Shown here one piece after another: positions 27,758-36,982 of a DNA stretch of 64,000 bases. The DNA is from Escherichia phage V18. Location: the sequence record NC_041937.1; one strand, given 5' to 3'. A model generated the notes under the pieces. It saw only the letters and a program-made list of their open reading frames with translations. It did not search any database and had not been told where the DNA came from. Position numbers and translations under genes: made by a program. The stretch's first letter is position 1, and every line of letters begins with the position of its first letter.

Positions 27758-27949
27758 ATGAAAGTACGCTTTATTGGTGAAACAATTCCTGTGCATCTCC
27801 GGTCTCCTGAGGATTCTGCAGATCTTGCATCTCAAAAGGCGAGAGGTTATGATAAGAAAGTAACCTCAACCGATGTAGTGCTTGAGGCTACTAGCTACCT
27901 GACCCTGCTGCATTCTTTAATCATTATGGGTACTATTTCAGCAACCTGA
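27758..27949 (+). CDS. hypothetical protein
   Basis: ATG 27758 (MKVRFIGE) inside the 27731 ORF frame. Confidence 0.3.
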   Translation: MKVRFIGETIPVHLRSPEDSADLASQKARGYDKKVTSTDVVLEATSYLTLLHSLIIMGTISAT

Positions 27950-28088
27950 TGAATATCGGTGAGCTTGTATTTATTAGTGGTGGAGAAATTGTTAGCAAGC
28001 TCGGTGGCGATCCAGATGTCTTTCATGAAACCTGTCCTTTTGCATTTGTGGTAGGTTCAGATGTGGAAGTTATTGAGGAGGTGCGGTA

Positions 28089-28484
28089 ATGGTAAGCCTA
28101 TACCGTGTCGAGTATAGCTCGGATACTGTATACAACGTAAGAAGCAAAGATCGCAGCGACAGAGTGCAAGAAATGTATGTTCTTGCCGACAGTCCGTTAT
28201 CTGCAGCGTTCAAGGCAGGGGCTCTTGCATCTCGTTGGAAATTTGAAGGTGGATCTTTCTATGAAGAAACCCTTGAAGATTCTGTTGTTATTTCTTCTGT
28301 AGAGGTTTCAGATGACTACGAAGGGAAAAAGTTCGTAATGCGGCACCCACACAGCAATATTGCGTACTACTGGGACGTTCTGAACAACGAGTGGACCCCA
28401 GATCTTCAGAAGGCTACTGTGCTAACACCGTTTTTGGCAGATAAGTTCCCACCAGAAGGTAATTTATCTGCACTGTTTCAGTAA
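28089..28484 (+). CDS. hypothetical protein (paralog of 25884-26279)
   Basis: 131 aa; FVMRHPHSNIAYYWDVLNNEWTP versus FVIVHPDSRVKHYWNARTKTWTP. Confidence 0.45.
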   Translation: MVSLYRVEYSSDTVYNVRSKDRSDRVQEMYVLADSPLSAAFKAGALASRWKFEGGSFYEETLEDSVVISSVEVSDDYEGKKFVMRHPHSNIAYYWDVLNNEWTPDLQKATVLTPFLADKFPPEGNLSALFQ

Positions 28485-28502
28485 TTTTCTTGCACACAGG
28501 TG

Positions 28503-28531
28503 TTGACAACGCCAACCCTGTGTGAAATAAT
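28503..28531 (+). promoter_or_regulatory. sigma70-like promoter (TTGACA-17-AATAAT)
   Basis: -35 at 28503-28508. Confidence 0.55.
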
Positions 28532-28563
28532 ACCTTCATCTTAACAAGACAGGAGACCGATTG

Positions 28564-28821
28564 ATGAAGATTAAATTGAAAAACCTTGAAACGGCAGAGA
28601 TTCAGGACGGTGTTGATTTCCGTTCTAAAGATGGTGACATCTTAGAGGTAAATATTCCAACCTACGATCTGATCAAAGGTTTTGGCAACGTCCCCGAGGA
28701 AGGTATCGCAGACGTTCTTCTAATGTTAATCGTTAGTGGGACAGTGTTCTTGGGTGAAGGTGAGAACGCTATTGCAATCCCAAGCCATTTTTATGAAGTA
28801 GTTGACGAAGAGGTGCTGTAA
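28564..28821 (+). CDS. small acidic protein, MK[VI]K...VEE paralog family
   Basis: MKIKLKNLE start, ends YEVVDEEVL. Confidence 0.45.
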   Translation: MKIKLKNLETAEIQDGVDFRSKDGDILEVNIPTYDLIKGFGNVPEEGIADVLLMLIVSGTVFLGEGENAIAIPSHFYEVVDEEVL

Positions 28822-29172
28822 ATGAAAGTAGAAATTACTGGTTTTGATGTGAATGCGGTTCCGGAAGATATTTTAGCTAAACTTCCGGAAGGTTTTGGTA
28901 ACGGTGTTGTGGTGGATGCTGTTCCTCCTACCAAAGACATTCTGCTGCAGTATGGTGTAGCAGAGGAAGATGTCGATAAAGTTCTTACAATGATGGCAAT
29001 CGATCGTGTTGTCGTTGTTAAAGGTCTCGATAATTTTGAGAGTGATCCCCTGATTATTCGTGGAGATGACTACAAAATCATCGATAATGAAGGCCAAGAG
29101 TTCTATGAACCTTGTGCAGAAGATATTCTTAACTTATTACTGGAAGCAGGCACCGAAGAGGAGGACGAATAA
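28822..29172 (+). CDS. hypothetical acidic protein
   Basis: 116 aa; MKVEITGFD start, very acidic C-terminus. Confidence 0.45.
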   Translation: MKVEITGFDVNAVPEDILAKLPEGFGNGVVVDAVPPTKDILLQYGVAEEDVDKVLTMMAIDRVVVVKGLDNFESDPLIIRGDDYKIIDNEGQEFYEPCAEDILNLLLEAGTEEEDE

Positions 29173-29501
29173 TGAAGATTGACCCGTTACTGAAGGCTCG
29201 TGCAGAAAAAGCGTACACCATTAAGCTGACCACCCTGGTTCCTGCTTGTCATCCGGATGTAGGTTGGCCCGAAGGTCTGGTAGAGGGGACTGTAACAGCC
29301 GCATACCTTCCTAACATCAAATACCTTATGGAAATCTTAGAGATGGATGAGGAAACTGCAGAACAGTTCCAGTTGGATATGAAACAAAGTGGGACTTTGG
29401 TTATTCACGGGTGGTATAATACTAAAGATGCAGAAGACCCTCTGGTAACTTCTAATCTGGCATATGAAATCTTAGGGCCTTTGAACCTGGGGGAAGACTA
29501 A
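29172..29501 (+). CDS. hypothetical protein
   Basis: 109 aa, start/stop coupled. Confidence 0.4.
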   Translation: MKIDPLLKARAEKAYTIKLTTLVPACHPDVGWPEGLVEGTVTAAYLPNIKYLMEILEMDEETAEQFQLDMKQSGTLVIHGWYNTKDAEDPLVTSNLAYEILGPLNLGED

Positions 29502-29788
29502 TGAAAGATCTGGTTAAGATTAAGATTAAAGATACCAATGGAGAACTCAGCCATTTTGGAATTAATGATGGTGACGAGCTGATCGCACACTTGCCTACCA
29601 AGGAAGTTGTAAGCAAAGCGGTTGCCGGAGAAGAAGCTGCAATGCAGGCTGCAGGTGTGGATGAAAACTATGTAGCCATGTGCATGTGCCGAGATCAGGT
29701 TGTTCTGTATAAAGCGTATCGACCAAACGGAGCCACGGAGTGGCTTGTATTCCGACCTGAAGGATATGAAATCTTAGAGGCACTATGA
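29501..29788 (+). CDS. hypothetical protein
   Basis: 95 aa, start/stop coupled. Confidence 0.4.
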   Translation: MKDLVKIKIKDTNGELSHFGINDGDELIAHLPTKEVVSKAVAGEEAAMQAAGVDENYVAMCMCRDQVVLYKAYRPNGATEWLVFRPEGYEILEAL

Positions 29789-29877
29789 TAAATCTTGCCA
29801 AGGTTGCAATGGTCCTGCTAATTATTTGCTGGTCAGTAACCTTAACACTGTGTCTTGTATTTCAGTAAGGTGCTTAT

Positions 29878-30075
29878 ATGAACATCCTGATGTGGGTTGT
29901 AGCAGTGGCGTTTGTTGCATGTTTTTGCTGCTGGGTTGCGGTGAGGATTTCTGTAGCTACCTTCGGAAGTTGGGGTTCTCAGAGTGGGATATTAATATCC
30001 TTTCTTTTCGCAATGAAACAATCTCAGCCGCCCTGCTCTGTAAGAAATTCAAGTGGGAACCTTGTGAGGTCATGA
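29878..30075 (+). CDS. small membrane protein
   Basis: RBS TAAGGTG before ATG; hydrophobic WVVAVAFVACFCCWVAV. Confidence 0.35.
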   Translation: MNILMWVVAVAFVACFCCWVAVRISVATFGSWGSQSGILISFLFAMKQSQPPCSVRNSSGNLVRS

Positions 30076-30295
30076 ACTATCTAAGAACGGGGGATATCCC
30101 TGAAAGATTTAAAAAAGTTCTTGACGGCAAGGATAAATGATAGTATAGTGACTAACAAGAGGTGAGGAATGACTGATTTTACTGAAGCTTTGATGATGGC
30201 CTTGTCTGTTTTAGCGCTATCGGTATGTTTTGGGGCGTTATTCACATCTCTGGTTAAAGTTTTACATACAGTATTATTACCCAAGGAGCGCAGTA

Positions 30296-30547
30296 ATGAC
30301 GAAGATTGACTTGAATGCTGGCGACCATGTTGTTGTCAAATGCATCGGAGATTATCTTGGATTCACAATCGGCAATACTTACGAGGCGGTAGTGTCGAAG
30401 GTTTATCATGATAAAGTCCTCAGTCTTGTATTTGACTGCGATGATGATGGGGATGACCGATACGTCTGTGAGGTGCTGGCACGAGACGATAGTGAAGACC
30501 AGAAATTCCTGGTTATTGAACTGAACGGTATTTTTGTAGAACGTTAA
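30296..30547 (+). CDS. hypothetical protein
   Basis: RBS AAGGAG before ATG 30296. Confidence 0.4.
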   Translation: MTKIDLNAGDHVVVKCIGDYLGFTIGNTYEAVVSKVYHDKVLSLVFDCDDDGDDRYVCEVLARDDSEDQKFLVIELNGIFVER

Positions 30548-30575
30548 TTTAAAACAACATAAGGAGACTCTTACT

Positions 30576-30881
30576 ATGGCTAAATCTAAAGTTGAACTGT
30601 TCACCTCTCTTCCTTCTGACACTGCAGAACGTGATCGCCTTCGCAAAACAATCGAAGAACTGGTGGAACTCCAGCTTCAGATTAAAGACCTGAAAGATGC
30701 CATCAAGGATATCATTCTCGTTGAGAAGCAGGATCATCTATATTCTCCTAAATTCATCAAATCTCTGGTGGCTACAGAGTTTGATATCCGCTACGAAGCT
30801 GAAAAACGTCGCGCTAAGATTGAAGAAGAGGTTGAGCACATGTCTGAGGCAGACATTCTGTTCAAACGCTCTGTAGAATAA
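30576..30881 (+). CDS. hypothetical coiled-coil protein
   Basis: 101 aa; RBS AAGGAGA; followed by strong terminator. Confidence 0.45.
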   Translation: MAKSKVELFTSLPSDTAERDRLRKTIEELVELQLQIKDLKDAIKDIILVEKQDHLYSPKFIKSLVATEFDIRYEAEKRRAKIEEEVEHMSEADILFKRSVE

Positions 30882-30886
30882 TGACA

Positions 30887-30913
30887 AAAAGAGGGGCCCA
30901 AGCCCCTCTTTTT
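30887..30913 (+). terminator. intrinsic terminator
   Basis: agaggggc-ccaa-gcccctct hairpin then ttttt. Confidence 0.65.
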
Positions 30914-30936
30914 ACTATCTATGAAGGAGATTTGAG

Positions 30937-31263
30937 ATGGGTATACCGATCACTGTAAAAGAATTGAATGAACGTGATGCAGGCGGTCTATGGCCTGCAC
31001 GAAAAATACGCTGCGTCTATATGAAAGAGAATCTTGAACATCTTGATCAACAGATAAAGGTCGGCGATATTTTCGAGGTCTTCTATTCCAATCGGCGCAA
31101 CTGGGAAACCATTCAGCCTTCTGGTTTTGTTCTTGCCAAACTTGACACTGGAGAAGTGATTATCCCTGGGTTGGATATTGTCTTCGAAATTATCCAGGAG
31201 TGGGATCCGGATAAGATTAGATACGAAGAACTATTCGGTAAAGGTATTATCAAACCTGTGTGA
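30937..31263 (+). CDS. hypothetical protein
   Basis: 108 aa; RBS GAAGGAGA. Confidence 0.4.
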   Translation: MGIPITVKELNERDAGGLWPARKIRCVYMKENLEHLDQQIKVGDIFEVFYSNRRNWETIQPSGFVLAKLDTGEVIIPGLDIVFEIIQEWDPDKIRYEELFGKGIIKPV

Positions 31264-31271
31264 GGTGGATT

Positions 31272-31655
31272 ATGTCTACAAAGGCGGCTAAATACTCTTA
31301 CATGCCATCAACCTCTGCAGAGGTAGACTTTAGTTTCGATGTGTTTCCACTGTTTGAGGTGGTTCTGGCATACCCAACAATACTATCTACTCCTGAATCA
31401 CTTGTGCCTGTTAAGTTGCAGAACGCTATGCATTCTATGCACTACAACAATAAATGTAGGCACAGATGGTGTCAAGACGAGGAAAAAGATTTGGATAGTT
31501 TGAGGGATTTTGACAGTCACCTTTTGACACCTTTCAGCTACTCCAACCTTGATAAGCCTCATGGGTATAGCAAAATATCAAATTTAAGACACCTAGGACG
31601 CTCTGTGGCGTCCTTTTCTTTATCTGGTGCACGATTGCATACCTTGGACAGATAA
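31272..31655 (+). CDS. hypothetical protein
   Basis: RBS GAGGTGG before ATG 31272. Confidence 0.4.
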   Translation: MSTKAAKYSYMPSTSAEVDFSFDVFPLFEVVLAYPTILSTPESLVPVKLQNAMHSMHYNNKCRHRWCQDEEKDLDSLRDFDSHLLTPFSYSNLDKPHGYSKISNLRHLGRSVASFSLSGARLHTLDR

Positions 31656-31928
31656 TCCCGTTACAGAGCGTTTAAGAGCTTCCTACAAACAAATCTCTCT
31701 TTCGAGCGTAGCGAGAACGCACGTCCGTTTTGACCCAAATCACCATACGCTCGGATTTTAACCAAACCCTCGCGGCGTTTCTGTTGACACATTACCGCTA
31801 CCGTGATAGTATCCACACAGTTTGGAGAATATGGAATACACAATGAGAACATTGTCTGAAGTTTTAGTGGTGATCCTGATGATCATTACGTCTATAGCGG
31901 CTGTTGCCGGAATACTCACGGGTGGAAC

Positions 31929-32129
31929 ATGATCAACACACATGCATCTGAAGGAGTGACGACATGTAGCCTGGATGAGCCAGTTAAAGAGGAAAACTTA
32001 GATTCTGATGACTCTTCATCTTCGTCCCAGACAGATCCTGAGGCTGATGACCTAACGTGGGAAGACATCGTAGACATCTGGTTCTCTATTATGCCTGAGC
32101 ACGAAGAGTTCAGAGGTGGTAGACTATGA
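31929..32129 (+). CDS. hypothetical acidic serine-rich protein
   Basis: 66 aa ORF. Confidence 0.3.
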   Translation: MINTHASEGVTTCSLDEPVKEENLDSDDSSSSSQTDPEADDLTWEDIVDIWFSIMPEHEEFRGGRL

Positions 32130-32250
32130 AGCACCGAGCCCACACAGATTCCTCATGCTAAAGCATGGCCTGAAGAGGCAAACGTGCATAATTCCAGCGT
32201 ATTGGAACGTATAAAACCCTGTTCACACTCTCATTTCCAGAGGAGATTTC

Positions 32251-32466
32251 ATGAAGATAGAAATATTTGGTGGAGCTGACAACACTCGTGGCCTGATTTA
32301 CCTTGAATTTGATGAATCATACCTGCCAGAGGTGTTAAATATAGACTCTGTTGCTGAGGCTTTGGGAGTAAACCCTAAAGAACTCCACTCTTGTGCTGAG
32401 ATCGATGGTTGGGAAGAGACCATGAACATTGATTTCAGTGAAGTGGAGGATGAACCGCTAGACTGA
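32251..32466 (+). CDS. hypothetical acidic protein
   Basis: 71 aa; RBS AGAGGAG; MKIEIFGG start; last plus-arm gene. Confidence 0.4.
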   Translation: MKIEIFGGADNTRGLIYLEFDESYLPEVLNIDSVAEALGVNPKELHSCAEIDGWEETMNIDFSEVEDEPLD

Positions 32467-32593
32467 CGCACAATTAGCTGCCCGGCTAAAGTGCTGGAAG
32501 CACCTATAACACATCTTTCAACTAAATTTCCTACCACCACAATCACTTACCTCCCGCACATGACTGTTTGCTTGTTTAGTGAGCAGTCATGCC

Positions 32594-32621
32594 TTGACAT
32601 TCTTGCCTATCCTGATAAAAT
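32594..32621 (+). promoter_or_regulatory. sigma70-like promoter (TTGACA-16-TAAAAT) firing into ORF-free DNA
   Basis: -35 at 32594-32599, -10 at 32616-32621; no credible ORF downstream. Confidence 0.5.
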
Positions 32622-33160
32622 TAAGTTCTTCTCTTTTCTTTTACCGAGTAATTCGGGTTTTCTGTTCTCTTCGGTTTGAAGGGGTATGGAGATACACCTG
32701 AGTGAACAGGGTGAACAACCGAACCATTAGCTATGGCATTAGCATGGCGAAGCGGACGGGTGACGAAAGAGGGGCCGGAGGACACCAGTCACTGCCATAT
32801 GATATATGGGTGATAACCTGAAGAGTCTGAATAAGTGTTTAAGTACCAGTCAGAGGAAAAGGTGAATGGTAGCCGAAGGGGGGAGGGGGGTTTCTTGTAT
32901 CTTTAATTTGTATATTATGTATACACTTGTAAACCAATCTAATCTGAATCTGTTTACCACACAAAGCGGATAGAGACAAATATTGCCTATTAAACTTGAA
33001 TTATTTATAGAAAATACCACAACACCCCTTAAGTCTTTGATTTACACACAAATCCTACAGATATTCAACCTCCATATTTAACATACTTGTAACATATTCC
33101 ATACTCTACCTGTCTGATCAATTTCCCAACTACATTCTCATATTTTCCCTGTCTGTACTA

Positions 33161-33356
33161 CCCCTGCCCCGCCGGGAGTCCCGTCATATCTGGCTTTCCA
33201 GCAAATATCACACCCACAAATATCATTGCCTGAAGAGGGTTTCATCCCATAATACCTGCCTTACCTGAAGAGCGCTTCATACACCACGTAAATTTTTTAA
33301 TTGACCTCCCCCTGCCCCTCCGGAGAGGTTGGCTTTTCCCACACAGACCTGAAGAG
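33161..33356. repeat. cluster of short direct repeats
   Basis: cccctgcccc-g/t-ccgg-g-ag at 33161 and 33308; cctgaagag at 33229, 33264, 33348. Confidence 0.5.
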
Positions 33357-33976
33357 TCAGCCAGAAATATCTGAATAGGCCCGATCTGCCCAGTCAGGAG
33401 CCAGTAGCGACTGGAGTGCTGCCAGGCGGACGGAATGGGAATACTTCTCATTCTTATAACAATTCTCAAATATCGAGGCAGTGAGAGAAATTAATAGGCC
33501 AGGCCGTTCACACAGTGGCACAACATTTGCAACCTATCCTGTGGGGATGAATGAGAATACCTATCATTGTGAGAACTATTATCATTACGGGCAATTTAAC
33601 ATAATACCCATTATGCGCACCACTGGCGATACATACAGGGATTGATACCATGAGTTACAGTTTACACACATAACAATTATATTTCTTACTATTTGTGTGG
33701 GATATAGTTAGCAGCCAATAGATTAGATATTGACCTGTAGACTTCCAACCGTCTGGACGTCTAAACGCCCACACACCAAGGGTTATACATACATCGCTGA
33801 ATGTAAACAGGGCCGCAAAAATGCTACCATACCAGTTTGTAAATTTTTCATGCAGCACTTGACAAAGAGGAGAAAAACTTGTCTGACACAATGTCACACA
33901 ATATGACACTTTACACTGGACACACTAGGCACAAAAAAAAAAAACTGCAGTGACTAGGTCACCCCTTCAGGTGTTT

Positions 33977-34171
33977 CTATGACATAATATAAAAGCAGGG
34001 CAACTATTACAAATCTAAAGTTGCCTTGCTTGTTATGTCATGATTAACTAAATACAAGGCAACTATGATCTGATTAATAGTTTGCAGACAAACTATCACG
34101 GGGGTGATGGTTACTGCTTTTATATTATGTCGCGACTCCGTCGCGCCATGCCATTCGTTTGCATAGTTGCC
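33977..34171. repeat. palindrome-flanked iteron cluster
   Basis: 19-bp inverted arms at 33980-33998 and 34114-34132; GGCAACTAT copies at 33999, 34048, 34087 (variant) and inverted at 34017, 34163. Confidence 0.55.
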
Positions 34172-34824
34172 TTATTGTTACAGATAAAATAATTGTATTG
34201 TTAATTATTTCTTATCTTTCTATTAGTCATCTAATGATTCCAGTTAGTATAGTAACGTATAGTAAACATTAGACGACTAAATATTTCTCTGTTTATGATA
34301 ACTCACCGTAATAATTTCGGACTGTTTACGAAAAATGTTGACACCCTGGCTGATTTATGTTATGCAATTTAAACGAATAATTATTTTATGCAGGTATTGA
34401 CTATTCCGTTATTCTATGGTTGGAATAAATACTTAGCAGGCTATAGAATGGTGAGCGTACGTAAATTCTGAGATCTGTCGGCTATAGTTATACCCGATTT
34501 TTCACGTAGAACACGCTTTCGATGCTGTGTAAGTGTATGACTTATAAAGATTTTTAGTTGTTGACAAGATATTGGAGATGTGCATCAGGTTAAAATTTGT
34601 GCAATAGCGGCATTACGTGCACTTTTGGGAGAGAAAACGGGTAAAAATGGACTTGCTACCACACAATGAAAAATTATGCAATAGCTATTTTACATGTATG
34701 TTTGTACAGTGCGGGCAATTGATGGCTCGTCAATTATTCCACTTGCCAGGTAGGGCCGTTTATGGTAGGGGGAAGAGCAGACAAAAAGAAAGGGGCCTAA
34801 GCCCTTGATAATTCAGTTAAAAAA

Positions 34825-35244
34825 TTATAATGATTCGTATATTTCAAAAATCCGATTTGCCAGGTCGTTACGGTAGCGGAATTTTTCCTCACGTTTGATC
34901 ATCAGATCTTTAAAGCCATATTCTTTAAGCACTTCATTAACTTTATGGCGGCACACCTTCATATTATCTTGAGCGTCACCAATAAACTTGTTGCTGTGGT
35001 GCATTGCTTTAATTTCTTCTTCCAGGACCAGGGCAACTACCCGGACCGGATCAAGCTGGTAGGCGGTAACATCGATGCGGCATTGTAGACGGCTTTTAAC
35101 GTCTGCCACCGGATATACTGCAACCTCTTCCCCGTCAACATTGACAATAACTAGTTTACCATCGATCTCGAATCCTTTCGCCGCCGGACCGTGACAAAAA
35201 GCGTTATCAAAGCTATATGCCGGATTATTAGATTTAATGTTCAT
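34825..35244 (-). CDS. hypothetical protein (last gene of minus arm)
   Basis: 139 aa; RBS AGAGGTAAA upstream. Confidence 0.4.
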   Translation of the reverse strand: MNIKSNNPAYSFDNAFCHGPAAKGFEIDGKLVIVNVDGEEVAVYPVADVKSRLQCRIDVTAYQLDPVRVVALVLEEEIKAMHHSNKFIGDAQDNMKVCRHKVNEVLKEYGFKDLMIKREEKFRYRNDLANRIFEIYESL

Positions 35245-35388
35245 GGTGTTTTTACCTCTTAGTTAATTTTCTTACAACTTCCCTTCAAAAAAGAATATAG
35301 CAAAACTGCCGATCCCTGTCAACCAAGGATGGCATAATTTTTATGTGATCAAGGGGCTTTATTGCCCCTGACCATGTAACTTGTTGTA

Positions 35389-35652
35389 TTATTTGTTATT
35401 CATCCAGTTTTCCCAAGCTGCCTGATAATCTGCCTCACTGCGGCGGATCTCTTCTTGCTCTTCAAGCCGGATCTCTTCTTCCAGGTACCCCAAGATATCG
35501 GCTTTTTTGGTCTGGCGTAACATCCAATCATCTTTTTTACGGGTAAAGATCTTATATGCTTTCTCGCAAACCTCTTTTTTGCTACCTTTTTGGACTTTAA
35601 GAACTTTGTAGGCCATGTACTGAACTAGTTTGAGCTGATCAAGACGTTTCAT
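35389..35652 (-). CDS. hypothetical protein
   Basis: 87 aa; RBS AAAGAGGTAAA; GC hairpin in leader. Confidence 0.4.
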   Translation of the reverse strand: MKRLDQLKLVQYMAYKVLKVQKGSKKEVCEKAYKIFTRKKDDWMLRQTKKADILGYLEEEIRLEEQEEIRRSEADYQAAWENWMNNK

Positions 35653-35744
35653 GATGTTTACCTCTTTATGAGGTTCTGGTTTGGTGTGGGCCTTTTGGCC
35701 CGTGTCATTATCTTATTACTTACGGCGGCAAAATTCAAGTGTTT

Positions 35745-35987
35745 TTAATTGATAATCTTCCTCAGCTTGGAGTACAACCGCTCGATCATTTCGTTGGCAT
35801 TGGTGAAGCCATACCCTTGAGCGAACTCATCCGCGCCACCTTCGTGATCATGTTCTGCGTTCATCGCTTCCACAAAATGGAATTCAAGATTATTGAGGTA
35901 AGGGCTTGATGTTCCGTCCTCTTTTTCGATGAGATCCCAGATAGCATTAAAACGTGATTCAACTTCTTGATTAATCCAGCTTGACAT
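35745..35987 (-). CDS. hypothetical acidic protein
   Basis: 80 aa; RBS AGAGAGGAAA. Confidence 0.4.
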   Translation of the reverse strand: MSSWINQEVESRFNAIWDLIEKEDGTSSPYLNNLEFHFVEAMNAEHDHEGGADEFAQGYGFTNANEMIERLYSKLRKIIN

Positions 35988-36197
35988 AATGTTTTCCTCT
36001 CTTCTGGTTGTTGTGTGGGCACTTTTGCCCCTTCAAGATAAATAATATCCCACCACCTGGCAGATGTCAACGGTTTTTATAGTTTTTATATAACAGGCAC
36101 CCCCGGTGATTGTCTCCCCCCGTCGCCAGGTGCCACCCGTGAAACAAGTATAACAAAAAACAGGACAAAAACAAGCCCTGTTTTGTAGATATAAGGA

Positions 36198-36389
36198 TTA
36201 TATTTTTTCGCCTATGTAGTCCGGCCTATTCTTTTCGGTCATACGCTTAAGCATTTTTTGCAAAGAGTTAATATATAACACCAGATCGCTGACTACCAGG
36301 ACAACATTAATCAGCACATACCTAACCATAAAGGGAAAGATCGCCAACATTGCCGCCACGATCCCCATGGTAATAATTACCTTTCTCAT
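36198..36389 (-). CDS. small membrane protein
   Basis: 63 aa, two hydrophobic segments. Confidence 0.35.
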   Translation of the reverse strand: MRKVIITMGIVAAMLAIFPFMVRYVLINVVLVVSDLVLYINSLQKMLKRMTEKNRPDYIGEKI

Positions 36390-36399
36390 GGTTAGCGGT

Positions 36400-36675
36400 T
36401 TACGTAGCTTTACCGTTTACGGTTATCGGCAGATCCTCCAGGTCTGGATCTTCTTTAAGGTCGCGAGCAAGTTCACCGCACCGAACGCCCTCGAATCCGT
36501 AGTACTCTGTCGTGCCATCCTGGAAAGTTTTAGCGGCAAGGCATAGGCGATAAGTAACACCGATTTGATTGACGGCATGGATATCAGTTAGATCTACCTC
36601 TTTTGCCAGCTCTTTGGCCATTACAGGCGCATTAAGTCCAACAACCAGGGCAACCACTGCGATCATCTTTTTCAT
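36400..36675 (-). CDS. small secreted protein with signal peptide
   Basis: MKKMIAVVALVVGLNAPVMA signal-like N-terminus. Confidence 0.45.
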   Translation of the reverse strand: MKKMIAVVALVVGLNAPVMAKELAKEVDLTDIHAVNQIGVTYRLCLAAKTFQDGTTEYYGFEGVRCGELARDLKEDPDLEDLPITVNGKAT

Positions 36676-36766
36676 TGTATCTATCCTCTTTCTGCTACGT
36701 TTAAGGCGGCGGCAACCGCCTGTTTATGCTTTGTTGGTTAATTTTCGGGTATCGGTATAAATTAAA

Positions 36767-36982
36767 CTATGCTGTACGCTCAACTATAACAACGGCTTGA
36801 GGGATCTCACCTTCCACCACTATCAAGGCTTTTTTCTGCGTAATGGATATCTTTACCCGCTTCAGCGTGGCGGTAAAGTCTTTCATTTCGTCACGTGGTG
36901 TTTTAGTGCAATACCAGATCTCAGGCTTGCCGATCTGTAAGTTGCGTAAAAATTCCGTTTTGCCTGTTTTGTTAGTGATCAT
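36767..36982 (-). CDS. hypothetical protein
   Basis: 71 aa ORF. Confidence 0.35.
   Translation of the reverse strand: MITNKTGKTEFLRNLQIGKPEIWYCTKTPRDEMKDFTATLKRVKISITQKKALIVVEGEIPQAVVIVERTA

Noticed and set aside
32491-32679. ORF 32491-32679(+) as a gene
   Set aside because: It spans the promoter at 32594-32621 and is low-complexity; most likely non-coding.
33242-33909. ORFs 33242-33469(-) and 33655-33909(-) as protein-coding genes
   Set aside because: They lie entirely within repeat-rich non-coding DNA, have no RBS, and their amino-acid composition reflects the repeats.
33933-33944. A12 tract as a poly(A)/retroelement tail or transposon boundary
   Set aside because: No flanking target-site duplication, reverse transcriptase or transposase nearby; treated as part of the AT-rich regulatory region.
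32467-34824. tRNA gene cluster in the large non-coding region
   Set aside because: Scanned by eye for T-arm (GGTTCGAATCC-like) and acceptor-stem patterns; none found. Not confirmed with a tRNA-scanning program.
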